A DNA stretch of 63,387 nt, filler included, from Folioceros fuciformis (Eukaryota): NCBI GenBank assembly GCA_049999805.1. It is 3 parts of 2 records of this genome, joined end to end, with 100 filler letters (N's around TTAATTAATTAA, not from the genome) between each part and the next. Parts side by side here need not be neighbours in the genome. Positions count along the whole stretch, not along the records: positions 1 to 30,525 come from JBNGIO010006136.1; 2 more parts are not named here. One strand, written 5' to 3'. Both the position numbers and the translations under genes were made by a program. The notes under the pieces are model-generated. The model worked only from the letters and a program-made list of their open reading frames with translations. It was not told where the DNA came from and searched no databases. Shown piece after piece: positions 1-12,426 of this stretch. Positions within the stretch are counted from its first letter, which is position 1. Every line of letters starts with the position of its first letter.

Positions 1-345
1 AAAAATATAATTGGTATCATATGCATATTTTAAGAGCAACAACTAAATAATATTATGCCTACAATTAGGAATTTGCAGAACGGAAGTCTTAAAACATATT
101 AGGTCCTCTTTTGAAACAAGTAGAAATAACCTATTTTTTTAAGCTAATTTCAAGTTCATTTCTTATTTTATTTATTTTAAATTTATAATTATTAAGAATA
201 CAATAGTCATACTTATATATTTAATAAAACATATAATTGAATATACATTTTCGATAGATAATTGAATTCTTTAATTGCTAGCCCTCCCTAAATGTTACCC
301 AATGCCCTACTCCCAACAGGTAACATTTAGGGAGGGTAGACCGTA
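1..345. mobile_element. Probable right end of an AT-rich non-autonomous DNA transposon (Tc1/mariner/pogo-like terminus)
   Basis: AT-rich body with a perfect 18-bp inverted repeat (CCCTCCCTAAATGTTACC 282-299 / GGTAACATTTAGGGAGGG 319-336). It ends in ...GACCG followed by TA, the same terminal signature seen at 12929-12935. The other end is not in the window. Confidence 0.35.
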
Positions 346-1049
346 TATAGATACTTGGTCACCAGCAGAACGGGCATGCCTGTGAGCACCCAGAGCCATC
401 AAGGCTTGGCACCATCTTAATTCCCAAAGGGCTCACATTCAACAGACCACAATTGGTCTACCACACGGCGGCGGACGCACACCGCACACCAAGAGAGCCC
501 TAACAGGGGGCACCGGCAAAGACGCACACCGCTCACCAAGAAAACCCTAAACGGGGGCACCGACAAAATCCTAAGTGCCTTTCTCATTGCTACAATAGGG
601 TAGGTTATGCATCCATACATACAGCCTTTAATAAACCCTAACCCTAAAAAGTTCAAAGCATATTTAATAAGATGTACTGTAAATATGTTGTATAAATTCT
701 ATGGATTTCTAATAGCCACCAGCCGTAATCGCACTTCCGTGAATGTTTCTCTGCAGGCGTACATAATTACATGCACTTTGGTGGCGTGCTTGAGTGCTTG
801 GAGGCACTTCGGTGCAGAGTAGCTTCACTCCGCGGGGGCAAGAAGATGAAGGCGTTGCGGTCGGGCCGTTGGTTTCACCACAGCGGTACGAACCGGCAAG
901 GCTTTAATTACTGACTTCTGAATATCGATTATATTCGACCCATTTGTGTCTTGAGTATTGTTAGGGTAACTCGTTTTTTTTTTTCTAGTATCACCAAAGC
1001 TGACAAACACTCAAGACCCAGATGGATGTCTTCCACAATTGCTGATGGC

Positions 1050-3385
1050 AGGGCAGATATTGTAGTTTCAGCTCGCGTTGGTGCAGGTGTTCGACATACA
1101 ATTTGTTCTTCTTCATAGTTTCAGCACAGGCAGTATCTATGCTGATTTAGCATAAGCATTTTCTGTGTTCATTGAGCATAGACATTTTCCGTGTGACGTC
1201 CTCCACATTTTCTGATTAGTGGACAGATATTGCAGTTTCAGCCCGAGTTGGTGCAGGTGTTCGACGTAGAGTTTCTTCGTCTTCATAGTTTCAGCACGGG
1301 TATTTTGTACGCTGATTTAGCACAAGCATTTTCTGTGTTTATTCAGCATCGGCTTTTTCTGTGTTCATTCAACATAGAACTGGCAGCGTTGAGACAATGG
1401 TTTTCCTGCCTTTCTGTCTCCGGGCCTTCTATTCGTGGTGTACTTAATCTGTGTAGCTGGTTTCTAGGTGACTTAACCCTATGGATGTTGGTTTCGATCC
1501 CTTTCATGAACTTTTTGATGTTTTTATCCCCTATGTCGGACTCTATCGAATCATGGTAGGAACGAAATTGAGATGGCTAAGTGGAGCACATGAGATGGCT
1601 ATGCGGAGGACATGGGTTGCACACAAATTGGTCTTTCATGCCAAACACACAACGATCTCATTCCATACATCAAGACTGTTGCGCAGATAATGGCGTGCAA
1701 CAACTGTTCAAACACTTCAGTTGTCCCTGCGGACAAATTAAATCCCAGAAGCAATCCTAGAAATGCTTGTGGCTGGGATTTGCAGGCAAAGGCATTAGAT
1801 GGCAGACGATGACGGGGGAGATAGGACTGATGGTTGTGTCAAACAAAGCTTACGACTAAATAACATAAGGTCTGTCAAAAGGGAACCACATAGTAAAGGT
1901 CCCACACCGTACGTCATGAAATTTGTAATTGAAGGACTGGTGACAGGAAATTCAGATTTTGTCACCGTAGTTGCAGAGCAAACTTTTTGAGGAAGGTGTA
2001 ACCCCCAAGATTGCACAGCCACTGGCTGCTGACAGGCCTGCTGTATGATATCACTGAAGGGGATGTTATACTGCAGCATAGTGTGCGCCACCTTTTCACC
2101 AACGTACCTGGCCAGCTTATGATGATACAACCCGTGCCAAGCTCATTGCGTGATGGCAAGGGAATCTGGAAAACACGAATCCTAGGTGCCCCTGCCTCTC
2201 TCACATACGACCAGGTGGTTCTTGAACATGTCCATGTTCTCGAGATGTTGTCGCCGTAGTTTCAGAGCAAACTTCTTGAGGAAGGTGAAACCTCCAAGAT
2301 TGCACAGCCACTGGGCTGTTGACTGGACTGCACCAACGTACATGGCCAGCATACAATGATGCAGCCTGTGCCAAATTCATTGCCTGATGTGATGCCAATG
2401 GTATCAGGAAAACCCAAATCCTAGGTGCTCCTGCCTCTCTCATACAGGACCAGGTGGTTTGAAGATGCCCACTATCTCGAAAACTACACCCGGCCCCGCC
2501 GCCCAGACCGTTCGCAAGATAGCTCTTCGAATGTCACTGAACTTCCCCCAGCTTACATTCATGTACATAGGTGCTACTATAAGTTGCTGCCAACCATGAG
2601 TGGCTCAAGGGCCCACGAGCTTAGTAAAGCCAAACGAGGGCAACACTTTGCCCTTGCCTGCCATCAGTCACAGCGTAGCGTTTCTGATGGGATTTGATGA
2701 GCTTTTCTTAACTGCTAACGGTGGCATTGTTGAAAGTTTTGGGATCGGACTACAGTATTATGCTGACTAATTTCACGAGCCGGAGGGGTTTCAACATGTT
2801 ACCGAAGATCAAATTAGCCACCTGACTAACTTTCCTATAGGGAAGAAATTGTTGTCTAGGACAAAGCAGTTGGTTGAATCCTGACTCACGTGCTGCCTGT
2901 GCGCAGGTACGCATCATCAAGGCGCCAACCCTGCTGCAGTCTGTCATTCCAAGTATATTTTGAAGAACGTGCCAGTGGCTGAGTAGGGCAAGTGACTCCA
3001 CTCCCTGTCAGAGAGCATATGCTTCGAAACCGATCTTTGACGTTGGCAACAGCCCGGTGGGCAGGTACTTGAGAGGTGCTTGCATGATGTTCATATGGTG
3101 TTCAAATTGCTAGGCACATCCTTCCTTTCATGGGCAACTATAACGTCACATTCATGGCGTGGTAAGGAGGAAATACCAATGGAGCAGAATCGCACACTGG
3201 ACAACAGCACTTCCTTTTTTAGATTCCAGAGCTGTTCGGAAGTCAATGTGGTCAATACCATGCAGTGCACCAAGTCTCCCATAGTTCATCGATCCGCGGA
3301 TTACAAGAACTTGAAACCCAAATGACTCATTGATAACGTTACCAAGGACATCCACATTACATTGACAAGCCAACCGGTGCATCAA
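1050..3385 (-). pseudogene. Degenerate leucine-rich-repeat (NLR-like) coding remnant
   Basis: Short minus-strand frames with LRR-like spacing (LVHCMVLTTLTSEQLWNL, LQNILGMTDCSRV, WLCNLGGFTFLKKFAL, FPDTIG/FPDSL), broken by stops and frameshifts. Internal tandem duplications at about 1053-1194/1223-1364 and 1961-2240/2250-2480. No clear NB-ARC motif seen. Confidence 0.35.
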
Positions 3386-4087
3386 CCTCTACACTAGCTT
3401 AGTCACCGGCTGAAGCTCCCCGAAGGCGTTTCAGGGGAAGCAGCCAAAAGGGAGCAGCGGGATCACCCCGGGGAACCTTTTGGTGCACAGGGGCGTCGCC
3501 TTAACTGAAGGATCAGCCTGATAAGGCACTGCAAACAGCTGGAGTTTCAGGTAACAACTTAATCGTGGAAGGAAAAAGATACATCACCAGCGCTTGCATC
3601 CAGGGTAGCTTGGCATACGTGGCTGTTCACATCGATTGTCAAGGATTGATTGTGGATGACAATCGAGAGATACCGATGACCGAGTCCGGGTAACGTCAGC
3701 TTCGTCCACCCCCGATCCCCTCTATGCAGCTAACTACCCGGAGGTTGATCGCAACTGTGAGATCCTGCCACAGTACCACAAGATAAAAGTCTCAGGAGTC
3801 TAAAGACCAGGTCCGATCCAAGGCTGACATTCGGGCGTTCCGATCCAAGGCTGACAGTCACGCGCTCATGCAAGTAGAGCAGTGTACCTGAATTTAGGCT
3901 CGGCCATATGATATATAGACTGACGAAGTTGATGAAGTGGTTCGGGTGAACCCTGACGGAGCGTCAGGGTTTCAGATCGATCACCGACCACATGGCTGGT
4001 GGTGATAGCGAACGGATGGCAGCTAGTTGCCCTGGTGGTGACGGGTGACAAAATGGCAGCAAGCGCGTCACCGGCTTCGTTTCCTCT

Positions 4088-4520
4088 CAGGGAACGCGAT
4101 CAATGGGAGGGCCACCTGCTGGCAGCTATAGGCAAATGCCGCACGCTGAGCGGCTTGCTCAGCGTGCGGCACTTGCCCACGGCTGTCATCAGGCCGACCT
4201 ATGGATGCCTCGATCAGAAGGTTGGCCCAGCCTGGTGAGCATAGCCACGGCTCTCTTGCATTGTGTCTCGGGGAAGGTGCAACCATCTACACAAATACAG
4301 CTTTCTCGCAGGAAAACCCTCTTCTGCACCTACCAAGCCGGCTCCGTTCCCACCCGGAGATTGCAACCTTCAGAAAGCGATCGCTGGAAGGGGCGCCTGC
4401 TGGCAGCTATAGGCAAGTGCCGCACGCTGAGCAGCTCGCTCCGCGTGCGGCACATGCCAACGGCTGTCAGCAGGACGACCTGGGGACCGATCGGTAATTA
4501 GGTTGGCCCAGCCTGGTGGG
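4088..4520. repeat. Two diverged direct copies (about 280-bp spacing), each containing a long GC-rich hairpin
   Basis: Copy 1 is about 4088-4240 and copy 2 about 4371-4520. Each has GGCAARTGCCGCACGCTGAGC-5nt-GCTCMGCGTGCGGCACWTGCC and each is followed by GGTTGGCCCAGCCTGGTG. Confidence 0.8.
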
Positions 4521-5280
4521 CACAACCAGGACCTTCAGACAACCTCGGCGAGCGCGCATCGCAAGACAGGTCCCGAGATATGAGCTTCATGTCTCCCCGA
4601 GTCTTTAAGTACCAGAGAGGTATGAATTCCTAGCCACAGAACGAGATACAATCATATTTACATGCACAGTGCTTTTAAAGGTTTCAGCACAGTAGACACG
4701 AGAAAAAGCAGTGTCTGTTGCCCTAGAGATTTCACGGCTCTCACGGCCTGGAGAAGGTTACCCTCCCATTTCTTATCTGCAAGCGGGCGGAGAGCTGTAC
4801 TTCGAAGGGAAGGCACCTATTTGCGTTCGAACAGTCAAAGACGTGGGCTGCTGCCGCGGCCCTACTTGCCTTAACGGCGATTTGTTGCATGTATGTAGAT
4901 TCTCGAGCAGAGGAGATAGCAATCAGTACAGGTCGGATTGCGCGGCGTGAAATTTCTAACATGGGTGCTAGCATGAAGCTCGAAGTTACGAGCTGCCCTT
5001 GTCCCTGGCCGTAGGCAAGTGAAAGTTTCCACTGTTTGGTTCGTTAGTAAGGGGTTATGCGCTGCCGGGTTTTCTTGGTGTATCATATTGAAACTAGTTT
5101 GTTTAGGGGTACGCGGGAGCTTTACTGTTGTCATGCGCTTGAGTGATGTGAGTCATGCGTTCTAGCGACATTCATTGTGAGGGTATCATAGGCTGGATGA
5201 CATAGAGGATTTATCGAGGAAGGGCACGTGTATGGCATGCCACAGCGGATAGAGATGGTCTGCCAGATAGATTTACGAAG

Positions 5281-5705
5281 CAAGGGTAAGCGTATGGCAT
5301 GCCAAAGTATGGAATACCGATTCGGATAGCGGCTACGCAAGGGTAAGCGTATGGCATGCCAAAGTATGGAATACAGATTCGGATAGGGGCTCCAGATTGA
5401 TGGTTTTATTTTCTATGGGAATATACGGTGGTATCTCGTGAATGTTCCCGTACTCAACCCATGGAATTTTTTCTCTAACCAGTATGTGGACCGAAAGGGA
5501 TTTCGGTTCATACCCACAATGTTTTAAGATTTGTCCTCATTGACACCGCCGTGAGAGCTCCCGATTGATACTGCTGCTCTTGATTACCACCGCCGTGAGG
5601 ACTCCTGATTGACACCATGGTTTGGGCTCCTAATTGCCACCGTCGTGAGGGCTCCCGATTGACACCGCGGTTTGGGCTCCCAATTGACATGGCCGTGAGG
5701 GCTCG
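5281..5705. repeat. 57-bp direct duplication plus degenerate ~24-30-bp tandem repeats
   Basis: CAAGGGTAAGCGTATGGCATGCCAAAGTATGGAATAC...ATTCGGATAG starts at 5281 and 5338. TTGACACCGCCGTGAGRGCTCC-like units recur between 5540 and 5705. Confidence 0.75.
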
Positions 5706-5855
5706 TTTACGGTTTCGGGTTTAGGTCTAGTCTAGGATGTGCACACTGACACACTTACAACAACGACACTTCTGTGCAAATGATAGCTTACGAATTGCAG
5801 GGTTAAGAAGCCATAGTTGCTCTTACACAATTTACAAAAAACATGAAATTCATTC

Positions 5856-6008
5856 TGATAATAAGCGGAAGCTTGTTGTAAAATTGAATGAATTAATAAA
5901 TACAAATTTTATGTGTTTAAATACTTGCTGAAGTGTCTTTTATGTCTTAACTATTGTTAAGTTATCACAGGTTAATGTGTGTTAGGATAACTATAATAAC
6001 CCTTGACA
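5856..6008 (-). repeat. 3' LTR of the copia element (153 bp)
   Basis: Starts TGATAATAAGCGGAAGC and ends CCTTGACA. Matches 11846-12002 with several substitutions and a small indel. Confidence 0.95.
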
Positions 6009-6902
6009 CTCCCACTTAGCCGCAGACACATATTAATGATTGTTAAACATTAAAACTCACTACGCTTGGGCTACACGGGTTACTCCACAACTGAATGGAT
6101 CAGTGATTGATTACTCCCACTCCTCAAGAGTTGCACCTACTCTTCTGATTGCCATTCCAGACTCGTACGGCTTCAAGGCTGTGAGCGATGAAGCCATTTC
6201 TTACCGTCTTTATATGTGTGCTCACCACACTTCTAACATCTAGAGTTGAAGTAGTGCTGATCAGCAGGTTGCCGCGGACAAGGAATCGCGTTCTGTCTCG
6301 CTAAGAGCATCCTCCTGTGCACCACCCTTGAGTAGGCCATCCAAGCTCAAGTCTGTTGGAGCCCAAAGACACTAAAGAGCCCTCACTTCTAGAGTCACAG
6401 TGACAACCGACTCTGGCCGACAGGAACATGTTCTCCCACCTACACGCTGTTCTGAAGAAGTGCGACGAGTTGGCTGAGGCCCTAAAGGAGTCAAGCTGTA
6501 GACTATACGAGTTGCAAGATTTACTGTCTTGCAGGCTTGATCCTAAGAACCCTAATCTTCCTTTGACAAAAGTAGAGTGTCAACACATGGTGAAGGAGCT
6601 AGTCCTGATGGGTTACGTCGAAGAGGTTGATGGTGAGAAACCTTACAGCCCCACTCATGTACACTAGTAAGTGATAGAGACTGCTACCATAAAATTTGCT
6701 GCAGACAATTTACGCTTTGTACCTTCACTTGTAAGCTTCATCCACTAAATTGTTGCTACCTAAATTTGCCTGTATCGGGAAGGATAGTAACGGGAAGATA
6801 TTTAAGCGATCAGGCTGGGCGTCTGGACCTCCTTAACTAATCGACAACAAACACATCAAGTCCTTGGGTTTCTTCATCCTTCCTGTAGGGCAAATAACGG
6901 CC

Positions 6903-9900
6903 TCAAGTTGTGGAAGAGGGAGTAGGCATAACAAAATCCTTCAGCCCAAGGGCTCCCACATGTCTGTAGTGCTTTGTCTTAACAAGCCCCTTAGTCAAAA
7001 CGTCGGTAGTGTTGTTGTCTGTATGTATGTACTCGACCTTCACAACTCCTCTTTCCGCTGCGTCACGTATAAAATGATGATACAACTCTATATGTTTTGT
7101 GCGTGCATGGAATCTTAGATTCGAGACCTAGGCAATGGCACTCATATTACCATAGAAAAGTTGGGTTGGTTCTGTCTGAGGTAAGTGAATACCATCCAGG
7201 AATTGCCTTTCCCACTCTGCTTCCTTACAAGCATCTGTTAAGGCTTTATACTCAGGTTTAGTACTTGAAAGTCCTAACGACGCTTACTTTTTACAAGACC
7301 AGTTAACAGATCCTAACGCTAGCTGAAACACATAGGCTGAGAGGCTCCGTCTGGTATCTGAATCTGAAGCCCAGTCGACATCAGCCAAAGAGATAAGCAC
7401 CATCTGTTTATGTCCACTGGCTATGTAATGCAAGCCAAGATGAATTGTGCCCTTAAAATATCGATAAATCCTCTTGACAGCAGCCCAATGAGCTCTACCT
7501 GTGCATTTGAGAAATTGACTAACAATGCTCACTACATAGGAGATATCGGGGCGAGTCTAGTTGGCAATGAAGATAAGGTAACCCACATCCTCAGCATAAG
7601 GTACAGCTTGCATGTCAGCAAGATCCGTATCAGTTGTTAGGGACATGTCTGCTATTAACTTTACTCCCACTACTGAGGGAGTGGATACAGGACGAGCAGC
7701 ATCAAGGCCGAAACGTTTCAAGATCTCCTTGAGATATTTAGTTTGATGTAATATAATCGTTCTAGTAGGCCTATCTAGAAGAATCTAAATTCCAAGTCAA
7801 AACTGTAATTTTCTTTGGTCTGTCATTTCAAATTCTGCTTGAAGCAAGTCCTTTGCTTTATCTAGTATAGAAGTGCTGTTACTCAACAGGATGACATCAT
7901 CGACATAGAGAGTAAGAATCACGAAGAAGTCCCCTTCTATGAAATAAAACACATTGGAGTCTGCCCCACACTACACAAAGCCCTTTTTCTTGAGGTACTT
8001 CATAATGCGTTTATACCAAGCCCTCGGGCTCTATTTTAATCCAAAGAGGGTTTTCAGGAGCTTACATACTCGTTGAGGCCACTGGGAACGAACAAAACCC
8101 TCTAGTTGCTCCATATACAAGACCTCCTCAAGCTCACCATGAAGGAATGTTGTACAAACATCCATTTGATGAACTTCGAGATCAAACTCTGCAGCCATTG
8201 CAAGCAGAATCCGAATAGAAGGTGGTTTAACAACAAGAGAGAACGTCTCCCCATAATCCACTCCTAGGATTTGGCTAAAACCTCTTGCAACCAGTCGAGA
8301 CTTATAGTGAGCAATTGTGCTATCAGACTTTAGTTTAGTTTTAAATACCCACTTACAAGTGATGGGCTTACAACCAGAAGGTAAGTCCACCAGTTCCCAT
8401 GTGCTATTCTTAATTAAGCTATTATACTCCTCATTGATACTAATCCTCCAATGGTCACCATCAGGGCCATTAAGTGCTTCACTATACAACTGAGGATCAA
8501 GCCTCACTTTTGGAACAAATAAGTCTGCCACATATGATGATTTTCGAAAGTCAACAGACTCATATGGCACTTTTGTCCATTCTGACTTTGGCCTCCGTTC
8601 TCTAATAGGATAACGTGGAGAGGGAGGTTCAATAGGAATTTTAGCTCCCACTGGATCTGATGGGTCAAATCTATCATCTTTAGCACCATCAGATCTGTCA
8701 GACTGTGAGCCATCTCCAGCCATGATATCTGGGTCGAGGCCTTTATAAGGGTCGACAGATTGCAAATGAGAATCAGTATCCTCATCAACTAGAACATCTG
8801 AAGTTGCTTCCTCATCATCCAAATAAGGATACACATCTGGTAAAGATGGTTGAACAGCAGGCAATCCAGGGCTAGGTGAAGCAAACACTAGAGCATCACC
8901 AGAATAGTCAAGCATTACCTCACTATCTGAATCGTTTAACGGAGGTAACATCTCCCTCAAGTAGTTCATGCAAAGGATCTGATCTAGGGGGAGGTAAGCT
9001 CACAAGACGTAACACTTCTTGCGAGCACCACCTTATGAGTTTGAGGATTAATCAACTTATATGCCTTACTTTTCTTAGAGTAACCTAGGAATAAGTAAGG
9101 AACTGCCCTGTCATCTAACTTCTTCCTTCTCTCTGCAGGAACATATACAAAGGCAGATGAGCCGAATACTCTTAAGTGGTTTATACTAGGCTTGCGTCCC
9201 CAAAATACTTCATAAGGAGTCTTTCCTCAAACAGCGGATGTAAGAAGTTTGTTCGGCATATATGTTGTAGTAGTAATGGCTTCTGCCCAATAATTTTTAT
9301 GTAATCCTGCATAAGAGAGCATACTCCAAGTCATGCCCATAAGTGTCTGGTTCTTACGCTCAGTAACACCGTTTTGTTGTTGTATATAGGGTACAGCTAG
9401 TTGGCGAATGATGCCACACCTTTTGAATAGCTCATCATATTTGTAGCTAACAAACTCACCTCCATTGTCTGTTCTTAGGCATTTTACCATGCATCTAGTT
9501 TGGTGTTGACCATGACAATCCAGGATGCAATATGATCAAAAGCATCACTTTTGTGCCTCAATGGGTAAGTCTAAGTGTATCTTGAATAATCATTAGTGAT
9601 TGTTAGATAGTACTCTAGCAAGGACATTGCCCTTGTGGCATTCTTATTTTTGAAAGGTAGTTCTTTCTGTTTGGACAAGACACAGGAACTGCAAACAAGA
9701 AGGGACTTGAAACATGAAGGGAACTTCTCTCTATAACAATCAGACGCTGACATAAGATCAAGTTTGGTTCTATTTACATGACCTAATCTAGCATGCCACA
9801 ACTTAACTTGACTCGTAGAAGTGACTACACATGCTTGTTCTAACCTCTTGGGTGTAGTGAACAGTTGGTATAGGTCACCAACTACTGCAGCTTCTACTAA

Positions 9901-10400
9901 ATGATGGTCAGAATCATCCAAGTTGTAAATGTAACAGTGGTTAGCTTCAAAAGGGAAACCATACGACTGACTACTCAAATGGAGATCAGGTTCTTCGACA
10001 TAGAGGGCACATAGAGGACATCTTCCAACTAAAGTGTCCCTCCATTTATTAAAGGTATGACCACCCGTCTAGTACCTTTGACTGCAACTCCTCGAGCATT
10101 TCCTACATACACTAATTGTGGTGAGGTTGTGTTCCAGAACGTCGTGAATAACTGCCGGTTGTTGCAAACATGTGCAGAGGCACATGAGTCAATAAACCAC
10201 AGAGATGAAAGCTCACGTGTAGCAGTGAAGCACACAGTCAAAGTTGTTGCAGCACGTCTGTTTGAAGGTAATTTGGAGTCCTTTACAACAACATGAGCTT
10301 GTGATAATTTCACGTCCTTCTTTGGATCACCAGCTTGCTTCTTGCAACAGTCGTGCTCCCAATGTCCAGGAATGCCACACCAATGGCAAGTGCCTGCACA
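6903..10400 (-). pseudogene. Disrupted copia gag-knuckle/pol polyprotein (PR-INT-RT-RH)
   Basis: ORF fragments at 10029-10313, 9571-9978, 9227-9490, 8031-8969, 7284-7532 and 6903-7085 carry canonical copia motifs, separated by stops and frameshifts. Confidence 0.92.
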
Positions 10401-11562
10401 TTTGGCAGTCGAGGGGGAAATAGAGGGAGGTTTCTTTCCTCCTTTATATGTCCTCTTCCTAAACGTTTTGCACTAACGACAAGGAGAACAAATGTAGGAG
10501 GAGGAACGATTGAGGAATATTGAGAAGTTAGAGACTACAAGAATGATACCTCTGTTTCTGGGTCTGTGTCATGATCACTATCCGTCTCTTCAAAGAGAAG
10601 TGAGAGACCTGACATACAGAAAGTATCTATGCGATCATGCAAAGAATACGTAGACGCATCAGCTTATTTGCAGGCTATAAACTAATAAAAAACAGGTGAG
10701 AATCGAAACGCCACCACGAAACGACATGGAAATTGGAAACGGTAAGTAAGTGAGCCCTAAAAGAACCAAACGTGCCCTAACTTTAAATTTTAAGGATATG
10801 ACTGGTTGTACGCTCATGACAGGTGTACACAATCGAAGAACAATGTGCCTAAACCCTGTACATGACAACCAACTATCAGACGTGCGTAAGGCACCAGTTG
10901 GTGGCTGGCTGGAGACAACGCCTAGAGTGGTGAGCTATGTCCACCTCCGGCTGCAGCACGCCTCCCATCAATCTGATCAGGCTGCCTTAGTAGCATCGCA
11001 CTCACGAATTGGAGGCGACAACGCTGGTAAGTAAAGGGCAGCTTGAGGATCCATCACCAAGAGTCCTGGATCTGAAACTCTAAGAAGCTGCGCAATTTTC
11101 TGAATAGTTACAGTTTGCACTCGAGAAGTCTCAGATTGCAGACGCAGATCCTCCGTGAGAGTGGCAATCATTCGAATTGCTGAGTCAATCTGAAGGGTGA
11201 GGTCTGATCTTGTTCTAAATAGCAGAATCTGAGTGTCTCGAAGGCAATCATCAATTGTTGAACGAGTGGCTTCCAAGATCAGATCCTCATCTTCACCGAG
11301 TGACATCACTCTTAATGGTCGCCTTGCTAATCCTTGTCTTGAGCTTGCACGTTGAATTGCACAACAGGTGTAGGAACGCTGATCCTTTTGTTCACCACGA
11401 GATGTCTCCAATTTTTGAGATGCTATGGGGAAGAAAGCCGTGTGTGAGTTTTGTCTAGAGATTCTCCTTGAAGAATCCTCAAGATATCTATTCGTAGTAG
11501 AGGACAATTCAAGTTTAAATTCCCCTACGCATGAAGGATACCTATTTTTAGACCTACGCGTC

Positions 11563-11628
11563 ATTTCTGCTACTCAAGTGAGACCAACATAGTCTATTTC
11601 TGCTACTCAAGTGAGACCAACATAGTCT
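11563..11628. repeat. Perfect 33-bp tandem duplication in the copia 5' leader
   Basis: ATTTCTGCTACTCAAGTGAGACCAACATAGTCT occurs twice in tandem. Confidence 0.9.
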
Positions 11629-11833
11629 ATTTTGTAATGTGATCTCATCATAGCTAGGCTCATGAAATGCTATCCAGTGAGAATTCCAACATAGCTCAGC
11701 GTGCATAAATGAATGCACAGTAAACTAATAACATTGAAAGACACCTTGTCTCATTTAAAGTACAGCATTTGTTATGTTTGATAGAGTAGCCTAAATCTAT
11801 ATATAGATGAGCAACATGGATCAAAGAGCTAGA

Positions 11834-11845
11834 GCTCTAATACCA
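11834..11845 (-). promoter_or_regulatory. Primer binding site (tRNA-iMet type)
   Basis: Minus strand reads TGGTATTAGAGC, one mismatch from the canonical TGGTATCAGAGC, directly adjacent to the LTR. Confidence 0.85.
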
Positions 11846-12002
11846 TGATAATAAGCGGAAGCTTGTTGTAAAATTGAATGAATTAATAAATAAAAATTGT
11901 ATGTGTTTAAATACGTATTGAAGTGTCTATTCACTTTAACCTAACTATCGTTAAGTTATCACATGTTAATCTGTGTTAGGATAACTATAATAACCCTTAA
12001 CA
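11846..12002 (-). repeat. 5' LTR of the copia element (157 bp)
   Basis: Direct repeat of 5856-6008, flanked on the inner side by the PBS and on the outer side by the CATTC TSD. Confidence 0.95.
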
Positions 12003-12426
12003 CATTCTGCTAGACCAGATAGGAAACAAGTCAACCTACAGCAACCCACAGCACCTTCCACAAAACATATATAGACTAGGGTCGCTGCAGCTACAAGATC
12101 AGCCTAGCAACAACAGATACTGGAAAAACTGTAGGAGCTCACCGTCTCTACAGCACCAACGCCAATGCCTCTAACCTGCCTACACATATAAACCCTGCAC
12201 GCCACATGCATCCCTAAACCTTGCGATCCCTAGATCGCAAATTGCTTTCCAGCGACTCCACCAACCCAAGGCTATTGTGCAAAGCATGCACCACGTCCGC
12301 TAGGGTGTCCGTGACATTTCCTGTCCNNNNNNNNNNNNNNNNNNNNNNNNNNNNNNNNNNNNNNNNNNNNNNNNNNNNNNNNNNNNNNNNNNNNNNNNNN
12401 NNNNNNNNNNNNNNNNNNNNNNNNNN

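Larger units (their letters stand above)
5856..12002 (-). mobile_element. Ty1/copia LTR retrotransposon, full length but decayed
   Basis: TG...CA LTRs at 5856-6008 and 11846-12002, with 5-bp TSD CATTC (5851-5855, 12003-12007). PBS TGGTATTAGAGC next to the 5' LTR and PPT next to the 3' LTR. Minus-strand domain order is CCHC knuckle (CHWCGIPGHWEHDC), protease (WFIDSCAS), GAG-pre-integrase (LWHARLGH), integrase (LRTDNGGEF...QQNGVTERKN), RT (KWVFKTK, YKSRLVARGFSQ, HQMDV) and RNase H (DVDWASD...RRS). This is the copia order, with many stops and frameshifts. Confidence 0.97.

Noticed and set aside
403-674. Possible solo LTR with PBS-like TGGTGCCAAGCC on the minus strand
   Set aside because: No TG...CA ends, TSD or second copy in the window, so the evidence is insufficient.
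3459-3478. GGGATCACCCCGGGGAACCT resembles the pospiviroid central conserved region
   Set aside because: It needs indels to match, is short and low-complexity, and no complementary lower strand or rod-like unit is evident. Most likely chance.
3920-4192. Hammerhead-ribozyme core candidates (CTGACGA at 3920 on plus; CTGATGA at about 4192 on minus)
   Set aside because: No GAAA follows a closing stem II in either case.
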